In this document: piece after piece, positions 9,225-18,610 of the stretch
Layout: the number at the start of each line of letters is the position of its first letter
Position numbering within the stretch: position 1 is the first letter of the stretch
IMG/VR virus record: IMGVR_UViG_3300024279_000010
Span: 1 to 50,908 of that record
Reading direction: 5' to 3' (one strand)
Source of the DNA: a virus
Lineage: Duplodnaviria > Caudoviricetes
DNA length: 50,908 bases
Notes under the pieces: generated by a model
Database searches by the model: none
What the model was told of the DNA's origin: nothing
What the model saw: only the letters and a program-made list of their open reading frames with translations
Program-made: the position numbers and the translations under genes

Positions 9225-10252
9225 GCGTACACCAAAATTTTCGCGATCTTTCCAACGTCCGATGCTTCAAGATAAACGTTCGCTCCGTCAAACGCTGGAG
9301 TCTGAGCCCGAATGCTTCCATCCGAAATCATCAGAATCTCAATCCGGGATGGAGCTGAAGTAAGGAAATGCGGAACGCTGAAGGCTCCGGGAGCCGGCGA
9401 AGTGACTCCAAGGGTAGTTGCGGGAGCATTGATGTTGAACGCTCCCGTAGCGGGCCTATAGACACTCACGGTTGCGGTTTGGCCGGCTTCTGTAGCTATC
9501 AGATAAACGTTCGTAGAATCGAATAGCGGAGTTTGTCCCAGAATCGCGCCATCTGAAGTTGGAAGGATCTCCACCAGCGCCGGCACTATCCCCAGCCCGT
9601 GAGGAACGCTGAAGTTTCCAGAGCCGGGAGAATTGACTAGTAGAGTTGCGGCCGGCGTTTGAACCGCGAGCCCGGAAGCTGCAACAGTGTAAACGTAGAT
9701 CTTCGCAGTAACCCCGGTATCTGAAGCAACGAGATTGATGTTCGTAGCGTCCGCAAAACCGGCTTGCCCCCAAATCGATCCGATTGGTCCGGAGCCTACC
9801 TGAGTTGGAACGATCTCAATCAGGAACGGGACCGTTGCGAGTCCGTGGGCTTCGCTGAAGTTGCCCGGAGCTGGAGCAGTTACATCAAGAATTGCAGAGA
9901 GCGTGAGAATCGAACTTTGCGTGAGCGCCGCGGCTGAAGGAATGAATTTCGGAAGCTCGTTCGGGAACAGGTAAACCAAAAACCAGCGAGTATTAAAGCC
10001 GGTATATTGAGGATCGTCCGTCCCCTGAGTATCGATGAAATAGAGATTCCCAAGGAAGCCGTCCCAAGAGTTACACGAATCGAGCGCAACTGCATTGTGA
10101 GCAAGACAAGCTAAGCAACGGTTCACACCATCAGAATTCAAATCAACGAAGATCTTCCCGTTGCGAAGGTAAATCGAGATTTGGCAGTTTTGACCGTCAA
10201 GAACACACAACACTTGCTGAGAAGGAACGGGCTGAATGGGGATCACTAACAT
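9221..10252 (-). CDS. Baseplate protein with three C-terminal ~80-aa repeats
   Basis: N-terminal IPIQPVPSQ...LDGQNCQI...FIDTQG baseplate motif; three GxFSxxHxLxxxP...EI repeats. Confidence 0.72.
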   Translation of the reverse strand: MLVIPIQPVPSQQVLCVLDGQNCQISIYLRNGKIFVDLNSDGVNRCLACLAHNAVALDSCNSWDGFLGNLYFIDTQGTDDPQYTGFNTRWFLVYLFPNELPKFIPSAAALTQSSILTLSAILDVTAPAPGNFSEAHGLATVPFLIEIVPTQVGSGPIGSIWGQAGFADATNINLVASDTGVTAKIYVYTVAASGLAVQTPAATLLVNSPGSGNFSVPHGLGIVPALVEILPTSDGAILGQTPLFDSTNVYLIATEAGQTATVSVYRPATGAFNINAPATTLGVTSPAPGAFSVPHFLTSAPSRIEILMISDGSIRAQTPAFDGANVYLEASDVGKIAKILVYA

Positions 10253-11010
10253 CAGTTCACCCCCAAAGCATTGAACATGGATTTCAAAACGCTTTGCGGA
10301 GGAGCTTGGGGTTGTACCAATCCGCTATTGCTTTGAGGAGTTGCGGCCGGGTTCTGTGGCTGATTGATCGGAGTTTGAACAGTAGAAAAAGCCGCGGAAA
10401 CTTCGCGGATCTCTTTCAAGACAATTTCAACAGCAAGCAATGTTGCGCCGCGGTCCGCGCGCCGAATCAAGTTATAGCGTTCGATAGTGGATGGACCATA
10501 AACGCTTTCGGGAGTGATTATGAAATATTGAGTGAGCGATTCAATCGCTTGATCGATTTGATTCAGAAAAGCTGTGCGATCCCCGGAGTTCCCTCCAAGA
10601 ACCAGAACCACAGAATTTCCCGTTGGGAGCTGAACTTTGTTGTAACTCGCAAATGATCCCGCTTCAACGGGGAAATCACTTACGCGCGTTTCGCGATTCA
10701 CTTCAACCGAATTTGTTGAAAGAACAGTTGCGCTCCCTGATCCGCCGGCCTGCCCTAGAGCGTTTAAAAGTGAACTTCTTTCAGAATTAATAATTGCTTG
10801 AAAAAGACTATTTGAATTTCCTCCAACTGCTCCAAGCTGATTCCCGTCGAGATCATAAATCCCCCACTGAGAAGAGTTCTCCATTGCGCTCGCGAGAATC
10901 GTTGAGATCTCTCCCAGCGCCAATTGAATTTGGGGAGGAATGTTCGCGGAACGCACCAGCGCCGGGACTCCGGGGTAACTCGGTACATCGGGATATGGTA
11001 TCAACGGCAT
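10252..11010 (-). CDS. Tail tube initiator/Dit-like baseplate protein
   Basis: VSDFPVEAGSFASYNKV motif; follows tape measure. Confidence 0.75.
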   Translation of the reverse strand: MPLIPYPDVPSYPGVPALVRSANIPPQIQLALGEISTILASAMENSSQWGIYDLDGNQLGAVGGNSNSLFQAIINSERSSLLNALGQAGGSGSATVLSTNSVEVNRETRVSDFPVEAGSFASYNKVQLPTGNSVVLVLGGNSGDRTAFLNQIDQAIESLTQYFIITPESVYGPSTIERYNLIRRADRGATLLAVEIVLKEIREVSAAFSTVQTPINQPQNPAATPQSNSGLVQPQAPPQSVLKSMFNALGVN

Positions 11011-12857
11011 TAGTACAACCCCGAATTCGCTTGTGAGGTAAACAGATACTCCATCGAATGTTCCATGTCTCGCGCGATTCCATCAGCATCCGTTGCTTGC
11101 GTATGAATCGGCATTGTTCCAATCGTTACTGAAACGCTCTTATCAACGCTTACTGGAGCGCTTCCGGGGGCTCCTCCCGGCGCGTTTGAGACTATCGATG
11201 AAACTCCGGGTATCCCAGCCACAGAAGAAGCATAAGAGGAGCCCATATGGTTCCGGATACCTTGCGCGTAGTTCGCTTCTGAATCGGAGTAATACTGTCT
11301 TCCGCCAACTCCATTCTTCAGCGCGTGAGCTAACGCATCCGGGCTCTGAGCCCCAAGCGCGCCGGGATAAAGGCTCTTCATCAAGCTCGCGTAATAATCC
11401 GCAAATTCCTGATCAGAACCAAACGAACGGTAATCTTCCCCTTTTCCTCCGGGAACATTGATTCCGGCGAAATTGTTCAACGATTGAGCGCCGCGATTTG
11501 AGAAGTTCCCCGTTTCATGCGCGAACGTCGCGAAAAGAACATCTTCAGAAATTCCCGTCTGAGCTGCGATTTGTTTTGCAATCGCATGGGCTCTATCGGA
11601 AAGAGACGGAGCCCTACCACCACGTAAGCCGGCAACGAATCGATCCGCGCGGGAACCAGTGGAGCGGGGATGTAATTCATCTTGTGCCGGCCGGAAACCT
11701 AAAGCAGCCGCGCCTTTCTGAACTAAGCGCGCCGCGGAATCCGGAATCAAATCGTGAAGAAATTGAGCACCCTTGATGAACGCTTTAATCTCTTCATTGA
11801 GTTGATGGAGTCCCCAAGTTGCCGCATCGATTCCGGGTTTCCATTTGCTCCAATCGATAAGGGAATCTCCGCCCTTTTTCCAAACCTGATAATCTTCCCA
11901 CAACAACGCGATACCGCCGGCGAGCGCAACAATCGCCGCAACCGTGAGATTGATCGGAGCTGTTGCGAGCGCGATTGCTCCCAAGCCCACAGCGATAACC
12001 GTAAGAAAATCTTTTACAAATTCCTCATGCCCACTAACCCAATTCAACCCGCGCTGGAGGAGATCAAAGAACTTCTCCAGATACGGAGCCGCTTCCATAA
12101 AGAGGGATCGTCCCAGCGCTTGAAATTGTTGCTTGATTCCGGCAACCTGAGTTTGGAACTTCTGAGCTTGCGCCGCTTGTTCCTTCGTTACCGCGGTTTG
12201 CTCTTTCTGTCTCTGAATCTCAAGCTCCAGTTCCTTCCGCCCCTGAAGCAAAAGATTCATTGTCCCTTGATCGAGCCCCATCATTCGCCCAAGGTTGTTC
12301 GCCGTGGTGCGATCCAATCGGCTGAAGCGATCCGATAGCTCTAGCAAAATGTCATCAACCGGCCGCGCTTTACCGTTCACATCAGCAAGCGAAATTCCCA
12401 ACGCGGACATATAAGGGAGAAGACTCGATTCCCCCGTCAGCATCAGTTGAGTTTGACTCTTGCTCAACATGTCCAACGTACCCTGAAGAGCTTGAGCGCT
12501 TCCCCCAAGCTTCTCCGTAGCGTTGCTCCATGCTGAAATCGTTGGAACGCTCAGCCCTAGATTTTTCGAGAGCCTATCGAGCTGAGCGTTTCCTTCGATG
12601 AAATCGGAAATCCAATTTTTAAGCGCAACAGTTCCGCCGATGATAGCGAGAAAGCTTCCTACGGTCCGGGAAAGATTATCGATTCCCTGAGCCGCTTCCT
12701 TACTTGCCTTCCCAACTTTCTTCGTTGATTTTTCTGTTTTGTCGCCGGCTTTTTCGAGATCTCCAAGTTGACGAACGGCCGTCTTCTGCGAAGTTGAGAA
12801 CTTCGAAGTGTCTAAGCCAAGCTCTACGATAAGAGCATCAATGATCGTGGCTGACAT
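11010..12857 (-). CDS. Tape measure protein with C-terminal glucosaminidase (GH73-like) domain
   Basis: IIDALIVELGLD start, helical Ala-rich body, AHETG...NNFAGI...YRSF...YYSD muralytic motif. Confidence 0.88.
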   Translation of the reverse strand: MSATIIDALIVELGLDTSKFSTSQKTAVRQLGDLEKAGDKTEKSTKKVGKASKEAAQGIDNLSRTVGSFLAIIGGTVALKNWISDFIEGNAQLDRLSKNLGLSVPTISAWSNATEKLGGSAQALQGTLDMLSKSQTQLMLTGESSLLPYMSALGISLADVNGKARPVDDILLELSDRFSRLDRTTANNLGRMMGLDQGTMNLLLQGRKELELEIQRQKEQTAVTKEQAAQAQKFQTQVAGIKQQFQALGRSLFMEAAPYLEKFFDLLQRGLNWVSGHEEFVKDFLTVIAVGLGAIALATAPINLTVAAIVALAGGIALLWEDYQVWKKGGDSLIDWSKWKPGIDAATWGLHQLNEEIKAFIKGAQFLHDLIPDSAARLVQKGAAALGFRPAQDELHPRSTGSRADRFVAGLRGGRAPSLSDRAHAIAKQIAAQTGISEDVLFATFAHETGNFSNRGAQSLNNFAGINVPGGKGEDYRSFGSDQEFADYYASLMKSLYPGALGAQSPDALAHALKNGVGGRQYYSDSEANYAQGIRNHMGSSYASSVAGIPGVSSIVSNAPGGAPGSAPVSVDKSVSVTIGTMPIHTQATDADGIARDMEHSMEYLFTSQANSGLY

Positions 12858-13071
12858 TCATCCCCCGGTTGTAATCGTCAACACAGATTATTTCGAAAAG
12901 ATCGTATGCGTCCCGAACTCCGTAAACTGTACTCAGTTCATGCAACGTTGCGAACCGGCGAGCGATCAGAGTTCCAATTACTTTCGTGATCCCGTTCCGG
13001 TATTGGATTGTCTCCCGGCCGCTTCCTTTGCCTTGCCGAAAAGGGATCGGATTGCGGCCGAAGAAAAATCC
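12838..13071 (-). CDS. -1 frameshift extension of the tail assembly chaperone (G-T type)
   Basis: -1 frame open from the GGATTTT slippery site (13071-13065) to 12838; IGTLI...ATLHELSTVYG...DAYDLFEII. Confidence 0.72.
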   Translation of the reverse strand, partial: GFFFGRNPIPFRQGKGSGRETIQYRNGITKVIGTLIARRFATLHELSTVYGVRDAYDLFEIICVDDYNRGMNVSHDH

Positions 13072-13472
13072 ACATGTAATTGAAAAATCTCTTTCCGGAG
13101 CGTGATTCGCGTCCAAATTTCCTCAATGTCATAATCGCCGCTTTCGGCCGGCTCCAATTTGCGAACGAAGCTGGGATCTTTCGGGTTCGGGCAAACTTGA
13201 ACACATTCGAACATTTCCTTCAAAAGCGGTTCAGCCACAAACCACGGGAGCCCGGTTAAGCCGCGAATCATCCCCTTAACTCCAAGCTCAGCGATACCGG
13301 CGAATCCGGTTTCAGCTCCGGGAACTTGAACGTTGTTATTGGTGAGCGCGAGTAAAACGCGGAAAGCCCACGATTCCCCCTGAGATGCCGGCATTTCCGT
13401 AATGAAGAACTTTTTCCCTTTGTCGCGTCCCTCATCTGTGATTGTTACCAGTTTCGTTCGTCTTTCCCCCAT
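12978..13472 (-). CDS. Tail assembly chaperone
   Basis: EGRDKGKKFFITEMPASQGESWA motif; upstream of tape measure. Confidence 0.8.
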   Translation of the reverse strand: MGERRTKLVTITDEGRDKGKKFFITEMPASQGESWAFRVLLALTNNNVQVPGAETGFAGIAELGVKGMIRGLTGLPWFVAEPLLKEMFECVQVCPNPKDPSFVRKLEPAESGDYDIEEIWTRITLRKEIFQLHVDFSSAAIRSLFGKAKEAAGRQSNTGTGSRK

Positions 13473-13487
13473 TTGCCTTCCCTCCGA

Positions 13488-14003
13488 TTATTTTCCGGCG
13501 CGAGCTAACCAGTTCGCGAGGTATTTCGCGTCCGCCGGGTTCTTCAAAACTATATCCCGGTAATGCTGTGAACGCACAGATCTAAATGCAGCCGCAAGCA
13601 TATCAGGGTTGCAGCTATTAGCCCCGTGGAGCGTCGCTGGTCCCCATACGCCATCAATCCCAAGGGAAACCCCTGAGACGTTCTCCACGGCCGTCTGTAG
13701 GAGCTTTACGCCGGTTCCTTCGCCCATGTTGAACTCAGCATCAAACGCGCGCTTCGCCACTTCATCAGATAGAACTTGATTGAACCACGGGGACCAGAAG
13801 CGGAGCTGATAGAAACTCTTCACAGCGGCCGGCCGCTCCGCGGGATCAAGAGCGGCGATTCTTTCAAAATCTTGAGGGAATGAGGCGCTGTTTATTCCGC
13901 TGAGAGCGTGAGCGCCGGGAGGAGCATCCGGAACGATTGCGTATTGCCGCTCCGGATCTTCAAAATTCATTGTCCAATTGAACGCTACGTCAAACGAAGC
14001 CAC
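13488..14003 (-). CDS. Endolysin, GH108-like with C-terminal peptidoglycan-binding region
   Basis: FDAEFNMG, LLQ, IDGVWGPAT, KYLANWLAR motifs; GGGAGG RBS. Confidence 0.8.
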   Translation of the reverse strand: MASFDVAFNWTMNFEDPERQYAIVPDAPPGAHALSGINSASFPQDFERIAALDPAERPAAVKSFYQLRFWSPWFNQVLSDEVAKRAFDAEFNMGEGTGVKLLQTAVENVSGVSLGIDGVWGPATLHGANSCNPDMLAAAFRSVRSQHYRDIVLKNPADAKYLANWLARAGK

Positions 14004-14026
14004 TGTTCTACCCTCCCAAACGCGCG

Positions 14027-14074
14027 CCGCGCGGGAGTTACGGGGAAGGCTTCCGCAACTTTATCCCCGCGCGG
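14027..14074 (-). promoter_or_regulatory. GC-rich stem-loop just upstream of the endolysin RBS
   Basis: CCGCGCGGG/CCCGCGCGG plus AGTTGCGG/CCGTAACT (one G-U pair on the minus strand). Confidence 0.6.
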
Positions 14075-14080
14075 ATTTGA

Positions 14081-14518
14081 TTACAGCAAACTAGGCTGGA
14101 TATCTTGCCACTCGATATTAAAATCGATGGGCTGGAGAACCTTCGCGCCGTCCGGGATCGGCTTGTAATCCTTCAGCGTCCCATTCAGGCAAGAGAAGCT
14201 TTCTCCAGTAGACGGAAGAACAATGGTCCCACTGAAGACAATCGCGTCCCTGTTCGCCTTCTGAGCGCGAGCGATTGCATTGAAGACTGAACGGCTGGGG
14301 CTGTTCGCCTGAAGCGAAACCCCTTGCTTGATCATCGCGGGAACCCATCCGGAAGCCTTCAATCCGTCAACACCAATCATGCTCTCAGTGGTTTCCTGAT
14401 TGTCCGTGCTCCAAGCCTTCTCCGCGGAGAATCCCTGAATCTGGATCGGCGCGGGAAAGATCCCCGGAACCGTCAGAGTGAAAACCGCATTTGCGCTAGT
14501 AATCGTTCTATCAGCCAT
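14081..14518 (-). CDS. Tail tube protein
   Basis: RTITSANA...GVDG...LQANSPS motif; 145 aa after the sheath. Confidence 0.85.
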   Translation of the reverse strand: MADRTITSANAVFTLTVPGIFPAPIQIQGFSAEKAWSTDNQETTESMIGVDGLKASGWVPAMIKQGVSLQANSPSRSVFNAIARAQKANRDAIVFSGTIVLPSTGESFSCLNGTLKDYKPIPDGAKVLQPIDFNIEWQDIQPSLL

Positions 14519-14532
14519 CAGGTTCCCCCGTT

Positions 14533-15093
14533 TTATTTCAGGTTCAAAATGTGTTTCTTCAAATTGTGATTACTGCACAGCGTTTGAAACCCTTTCGGAA
14601 ATCCTTCGCGAATGAGATTATCGTAAAGCGCCGCTCCTCCGCCCCGTCCGCTTTTGGTATATTGCCGTCGATGTTCAGCGCCGTTGTTCTCAAGATGATC
14701 CAAAGTCAACATATCGAGATCCGTCACTTCACATCTGTCCCAACAACACTGAAGTTTCTCTTCAAATCCGTAATGCGTGAGAACTTCAGTTTTAATCCTT
14801 AGATGACGTTTTCGATTTATATCGTTCAATCGGTTCGTACAATTTTCACATCGAAGAATGCCATCTCTTGACTTATCACCACAATTGATACAAATTCCCA
14901 ATTTCAGACATTTAGCGCGAAGTTCCTTCCCATACTTCTCCGCCGCGTTCATACACTTTTGACAATCAGTGAAACCTTTTACAGCCGGGTTATCACACTT
15001 AGTGCATAAACCTAATTCAGCCCTTTTCTTTCGTCTTTCTTTGCGATATTTAACCGCATCGAAAGTGCTTACATGATTTGCGCTATATCTCAC
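14533..15093 (-). CDS. HNH-type homing endonuclease with N-terminal CxxC repeats
   Basis: LTLDHLENNG...FQTLCSNHN; AT-rich; sits between sheath and tube. Confidence 0.75.
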   Translation of the reverse strand: MRYSANHVSTFDAVKYRKERRKKRAELGLCTKCDNPAVKGFTDCQKCMNAAEKYGKELRAKCLKLGICINCGDKSRDGILRCENCTNRLNDINRKRHLRIKTEVLTHYGFEEKLQCCWDRCEVTDLDMLTLDHLENNGAEHRRQYTKSGRGGGAALYDNLIREGFPKGFQTLCSNHNLKKHILNLK

Positions 15094-15113
15094 TTAGTGA
15101 GAATAACACAAGT

Positions 15114-16661
15114 CTAAAGAATATCGTCAGCAGTGAGCGTTAGCTTTTGAATGCTGCCACCATCAGTGAACCATAGACTGATATCCGGGGAGCCGCGCTC
15201 TTGCCGCACGGTTGCGCCGGGATCAAGAATCTGAAGGTAATAACCTTGCGTCGAAATGATCTGGTCAACCTGTTGTCCCGCTTGCTGATTCACCTGATCA
15301 ATCTGTGTGGATGAGAGCGTTACTCCAACTCTGATTGCTCCGAAGTTCAGCGCCGCGGCAATGGGCCCAGACACAAGCGCCGCGCGGATCAATCCATATC
15401 CGGGAGCGTTGTAAGCCACACTTCCAACTGAAGTGAGCAATTGCATCAAGGTAACTTGGAACTGATCTCCCATCCAAATTGATCCAACGAGAGCATCAAT
15501 CCACGGGAATTCTCCGGGCATGTTGGAATCGTAGAAGAATACGAAACCTTGATTGCGCGTGGAGAAAGCTCCGTAGAAGCTATACCCGTTGTCCAAAAGA
15601 TTTTGGCTGGTCTGATCATTCGCGCAACTTGGAAACAGCCCGTTTTGCTGAAGGAACGCGAGAGTAACGCGGCCGTTGGTTTGCTGGAAGTTGATCGAAG
15701 CAATCGCGCCGGCAACGAAAATCGCGATGTTCTCTACCAGTTCCGCGAGCGTTGTTCCGGCCGGGATATTCACGCTTGGATCAGTCAATACCGCGGGATC
15801 TCCGCCGATACATGTAACCCCGTTGTACTGAGCCGCAAGCGCCACAACTCCGAAGGGTTCCGTTGCCCCTTGAACGCTTGCTTGCATGTCGCTGTCCCAA
15901 GCGAGCCATAGATAAGAATTGTCTTGAGCGTTGAACCAAACCGCGAATGCTTCCTTCGTCGCAAGATCCGGTTCAAAGAGCGTGACCATCGAAGCCCAAT
16001 TTTGAGAGCGGGCAACAGCGTTCGCCATTGCCGTCGCTGGAGTATCCGCAACAACCCCTTGCGAGAGGAGCGCGCCGGTCGCTTGAGTGAGGAGCAAGGC
16101 CGCGGCAATTCCGCCGGTTGCGAAACTCAGAGTTGAACTCGCGCCGGTTACTGTGTTCGTAAACACGAACTTGTTGATGGAAGCATTCCACGCAACGGTG
16201 AAACCGGGGGTAGTGAAAGCCGCGAGAATGAGCGCCGCGGCGTTGCTGAAGCTGGTAGCTCCAGAAAGATCGATGGAACTGGAAGTAATCGGGGTTCCAT
16301 CAACGCTGATTGTGAGTGTTCCCGGCGCAATTGCTTTGAGCTGAGTGAGCGTGACTCCAACGAAGCTCCCGGAGTTCAAGAACGCGGCGCGATTCGCGGC
16401 GCTGTAGGACGCGAACAGCATCGAAGAAGGATTGAGGGAAGCTCCCTTATACCCCAAGAAATAGATAGCGGCCGCGGCCGCTTCCGGAGAGCTGATCCCA
16501 AAGAAATTCTGAACAGCCGTAACGCTCGCGAAACTCAAAACGTTTCCCGTGGGCATCAACAAGCTTTCAGTGAGGAACAAGCAATTGAAAACCAATCCGG
16601 CTCCGCCGGCGTTCACAACACCGGGGTTAATCCTTACGATACGACTCGCGGGAATTGTCAT
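15114..16661 (-). CDS. Tail sheath protein (DUF3383-like)
   Basis: IPASRIVRINPGV start, WFTDGGSIQKL end; 515 aa. Confidence 0.9.
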   Translation of the reverse strand: MTIPASRIVRINPGVVNAGGAGLVFNCLFLTESLLMPTGNVLSFASVTAVQNFFGISSPEAAAAAIYFLGYKGASLNPSSMLFASYSAANRAAFLNSGSFVGVTLTQLKAIAPGTLTISVDGTPITSSSIDLSGATSFSNAAALILAAFTTPGFTVAWNASINKFVFTNTVTGASSTLSFATGGIAAALLLTQATGALLSQGVVADTPATAMANAVARSQNWASMVTLFEPDLATKEAFAVWFNAQDNSYLWLAWDSDMQASVQGATEPFGVVALAAQYNGVTCIGGDPAVLTDPSVNIPAGTTLAELVENIAIFVAGAIASINFQQTNGRVTLAFLQQNGLFPSCANDQTSQNLLDNGYSFYGAFSTRNQGFVFFYDSNMPGEFPWIDALVGSIWMGDQFQVTLMQLLTSVGSVAYNAPGYGLIRAALVSGPIAAALNFGAIRVGVTLSSTQIDQVNQQAGQQVDQIISTQGYYLQILDPGATVRQERGSPDISLWFTDGGSIQKLTLTADDIL

Positions 16662-17227
16662 TGTAGATCCTCAAAGAAGCTTCCGTTTGTTTTTACTTCA
16701 AGCTCAATCGCTGATTGTTGCGGAACATTTACAGTCGGATTGTACTCTAAAGTTGCAGTTAAAGCCCATCGATATTCGTATTGTTCCTCCCCTGTAACTA
16801 AAGGGAGCTGATGGGCATCCGAACAGTAAAGGGGCTTGATGCCGTCCGGATACTGATCCGGAGCGTAAGGGGATCTCCAAACACTCTCCACAGCCGCGGA
16901 CCATTCGCCAGCCGCTGGTCCGTAAAAATCAATTTGAACGTCAAGCTGTTTTGAGTTTCCAATAGACGCTTGCTGAACCGTAGAATCCGAACTCTGAAGT
17001 TGTGTGGGAACATCCAAATTCTTCCGGTTAATTTCGATCACTTTTACAAACGGTCCCGCGGGATTATTCCCCGGAATGGAAACCCGATTTACTTCCCCGC
17101 GAATGATCGGAGTGGGATTGTTCGGAACAATATTTGTCCCATCGAAATTCCCAACGAACGGCTGTAAGAATGCGATCACAGAAGTAATCACATCATCAGT
17201 CGAAATGCTGGGAGCGTATAGCGTCAT
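16658..17227 (-). CDS. Tail completion/terminator protein
   Basis: VQIDFYG...PLYCSD...EQYEYRW...YNP motif. Confidence 0.75.
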   Translation of the reverse strand: MTLYAPSISTDDVITSVIAFLQPFVGNFDGTNIVPNNPTPIIRGEVNRVSIPGNNPAGPFVKVIEINRKNLDVPTQLQSSDSTVQQASIGNSKQLDVQIDFYGPAAGEWSAAVESVWRSPYAPDQYPDGIKPLYCSDAHQLPLVTGEEQYEYRWALTATLEYNPTVNVPQQSAIELEVKTNGSFFEDLQ

Positions 17228-17619
17228 GGGGTTTGCTTCACAATCACCACTTTAGTCCATAACGGCCATGATTCAAGAACTTTCGCAGTAAGCCACAATC
17301 CAACGAACAGCGCCGGCACTCCGGGAGCCGCGGGAACAGTGATCAAATCTCCGCCTTTTGAATCCGGCCGGATCACGCCGGCGAGATTACCTTTCATGTA
17401 AATTGCACGAACGGAGCCGGAGATATTCATCCCTTCAATCTTCTTCAAATCAACGTTATCGAGAGCTTGGATCTGAGCGGGACCAGTAATCGCCGGGTTA
17501 TATTGTGGCTGTTGCCGGCCGGCCGCTCCAAGCGTTGAACCCGCGGAAGTTTGAAGCCTCACGATGATGTTGGGATTCACGCAATTACTTACAGCGTTCG
17601 CGATTGTTCTCAAGTCCAC
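17224..17619 (-). CDS. Head-tail joining (stopper-like) protein
   Basis: AQIQAL...GGDL...VLESWPLW motif; position in neck module. Confidence 0.7.
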   Translation of the reverse strand: MDLRTIANAVSNCVNPNIIVRLQTSAGSTLGAAGRQQPQYNPAITGPAQIQALDNVDLKKIEGMNISGSVRAIYMKGNLAGVIRPDSKGGDLITVPAAPGVPALFVGLWLTAKVLESWPLWTKVVIVKQTP

Positions 17620-18158
17620 TATCGCTTTACCTCATATCCCACAGACGCGAGTTCGTGTCCCGTCCAAACCAGCGGTTTCGCTTGCGTCCCTGATGCCCCA
17701 GCTTCGCCGTTTGCGGCCGCATGCTGAGCGCTTACCACATCAGACGCGGTAATATCTCCCGGATTCGTCCAAAAGCGCTTGCGGAGGATCAGGGTTGTCG
17801 CAGATAGCGGAGGATCGTTGGTTTCAATAATCGATTGCTTGAGCGCGCCGGCGATATCTTCGCCCATCAGCTTCAAGACTAGTTTCCCGTCGAAGTTCGT
17901 AGCTTTCGCGAGATTTGCCATCTTCGCGGGCCATCCCGGAGATTCCTTCGAAATCATGGTTCTGAACGCCGGCCGCGGAGGGGAAGGGAATTGCCCCTCA
18001 TGCCCGAACTCATTCATAGCAGCCACAAAAGCAACCGGAGTTCCATCGGGATAAGTTGCACCTTCAAGGAAGCCCACGCGAACAGTTCCCCCGCCCATTT
18101 TACGAGCGATATCGGTTAGAACCTTATTCACGTTCTGAGCAACGCTCAAACGGCGCAT
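17619..18158 (-). CDS. Neck/morphogenesis protein
   Basis: VGFLEGATYPDG...NEFG...PPRPAFR...KPLVWTG. Confidence 0.75.
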   Translation of the reverse strand: MRRLSVAQNVNKVLTDIARKMGGGTVRVGFLEGATYPDGTPVAFVAAMNEFGHEGQFPSPPRPAFRTMISKESPGWPAKMANLAKATNFDGKLVLKLMGEDIAGALKQSIIETNDPPLSATTLILRKRFWTNPGDITASDVVSAQHAAANGEAGASGTQAKPLVWTGHELASVGYEVKR

Positions 18159-18608
18159 CTAAAAAACTCCAAATCTCCGAAGAGTTCGATTCACGAACGT
18201 TGGGCGCGGGGAATAACGGAAACCGCGGAGTGAGCTGGTCGCTTGCCAAAACTCAGCGCCATAAGCTGATTGATTGAACCATTGTCCGTTGTTCTGAGTT
18301 GCCGGCGCATAATCGAAGCTCGCGCTTACGCTTCCTTCGCCCGCGTCCGATACCCTGCCAACCGGCCGTGCTTGCCCATCAGCGCTGAGATCCCCAGCAA
18401 GATAGGCAATGTGAGCAACAAGCATGTTGAGGAGCCCCAGCCGCTTCTGAACGTCACAGACGGGGCTATCAGGTTCATTGCTCAAGAACCGCGGCGCGCG
18501 GTAAGTGAAGAGAGCCGCATAGCGCGCTGGGTTCGCGTTATATGCAACAGTGAACTCCGGGAACATTGCGAGAAATATTCCCGGATTCCAAACAGCTATA
18601 CCGTTCAT
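18159..18608 (-). CDS. Head-tail adaptor (DUF4054-like)
   Basis: FPEF...LVAHIAYL...GRVSDAGEGSVS...YGAEFWQ. Confidence 0.8.
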   Translation of the reverse strand: MNGIAVWNPGIFLAMFPEFTVAYNANPARYAALFTYRAPRFLSNEPDSPVCDVQKRLGLLNMLVAHIAYLAGDLSADGQARPVGRVSDAGEGSVSASFDYAPATQNNGQWFNQSAYGAEFWQATSSLRGFRYSPRPTFVNRTLRRFGVF

Positions 18609-18610
18609 GA

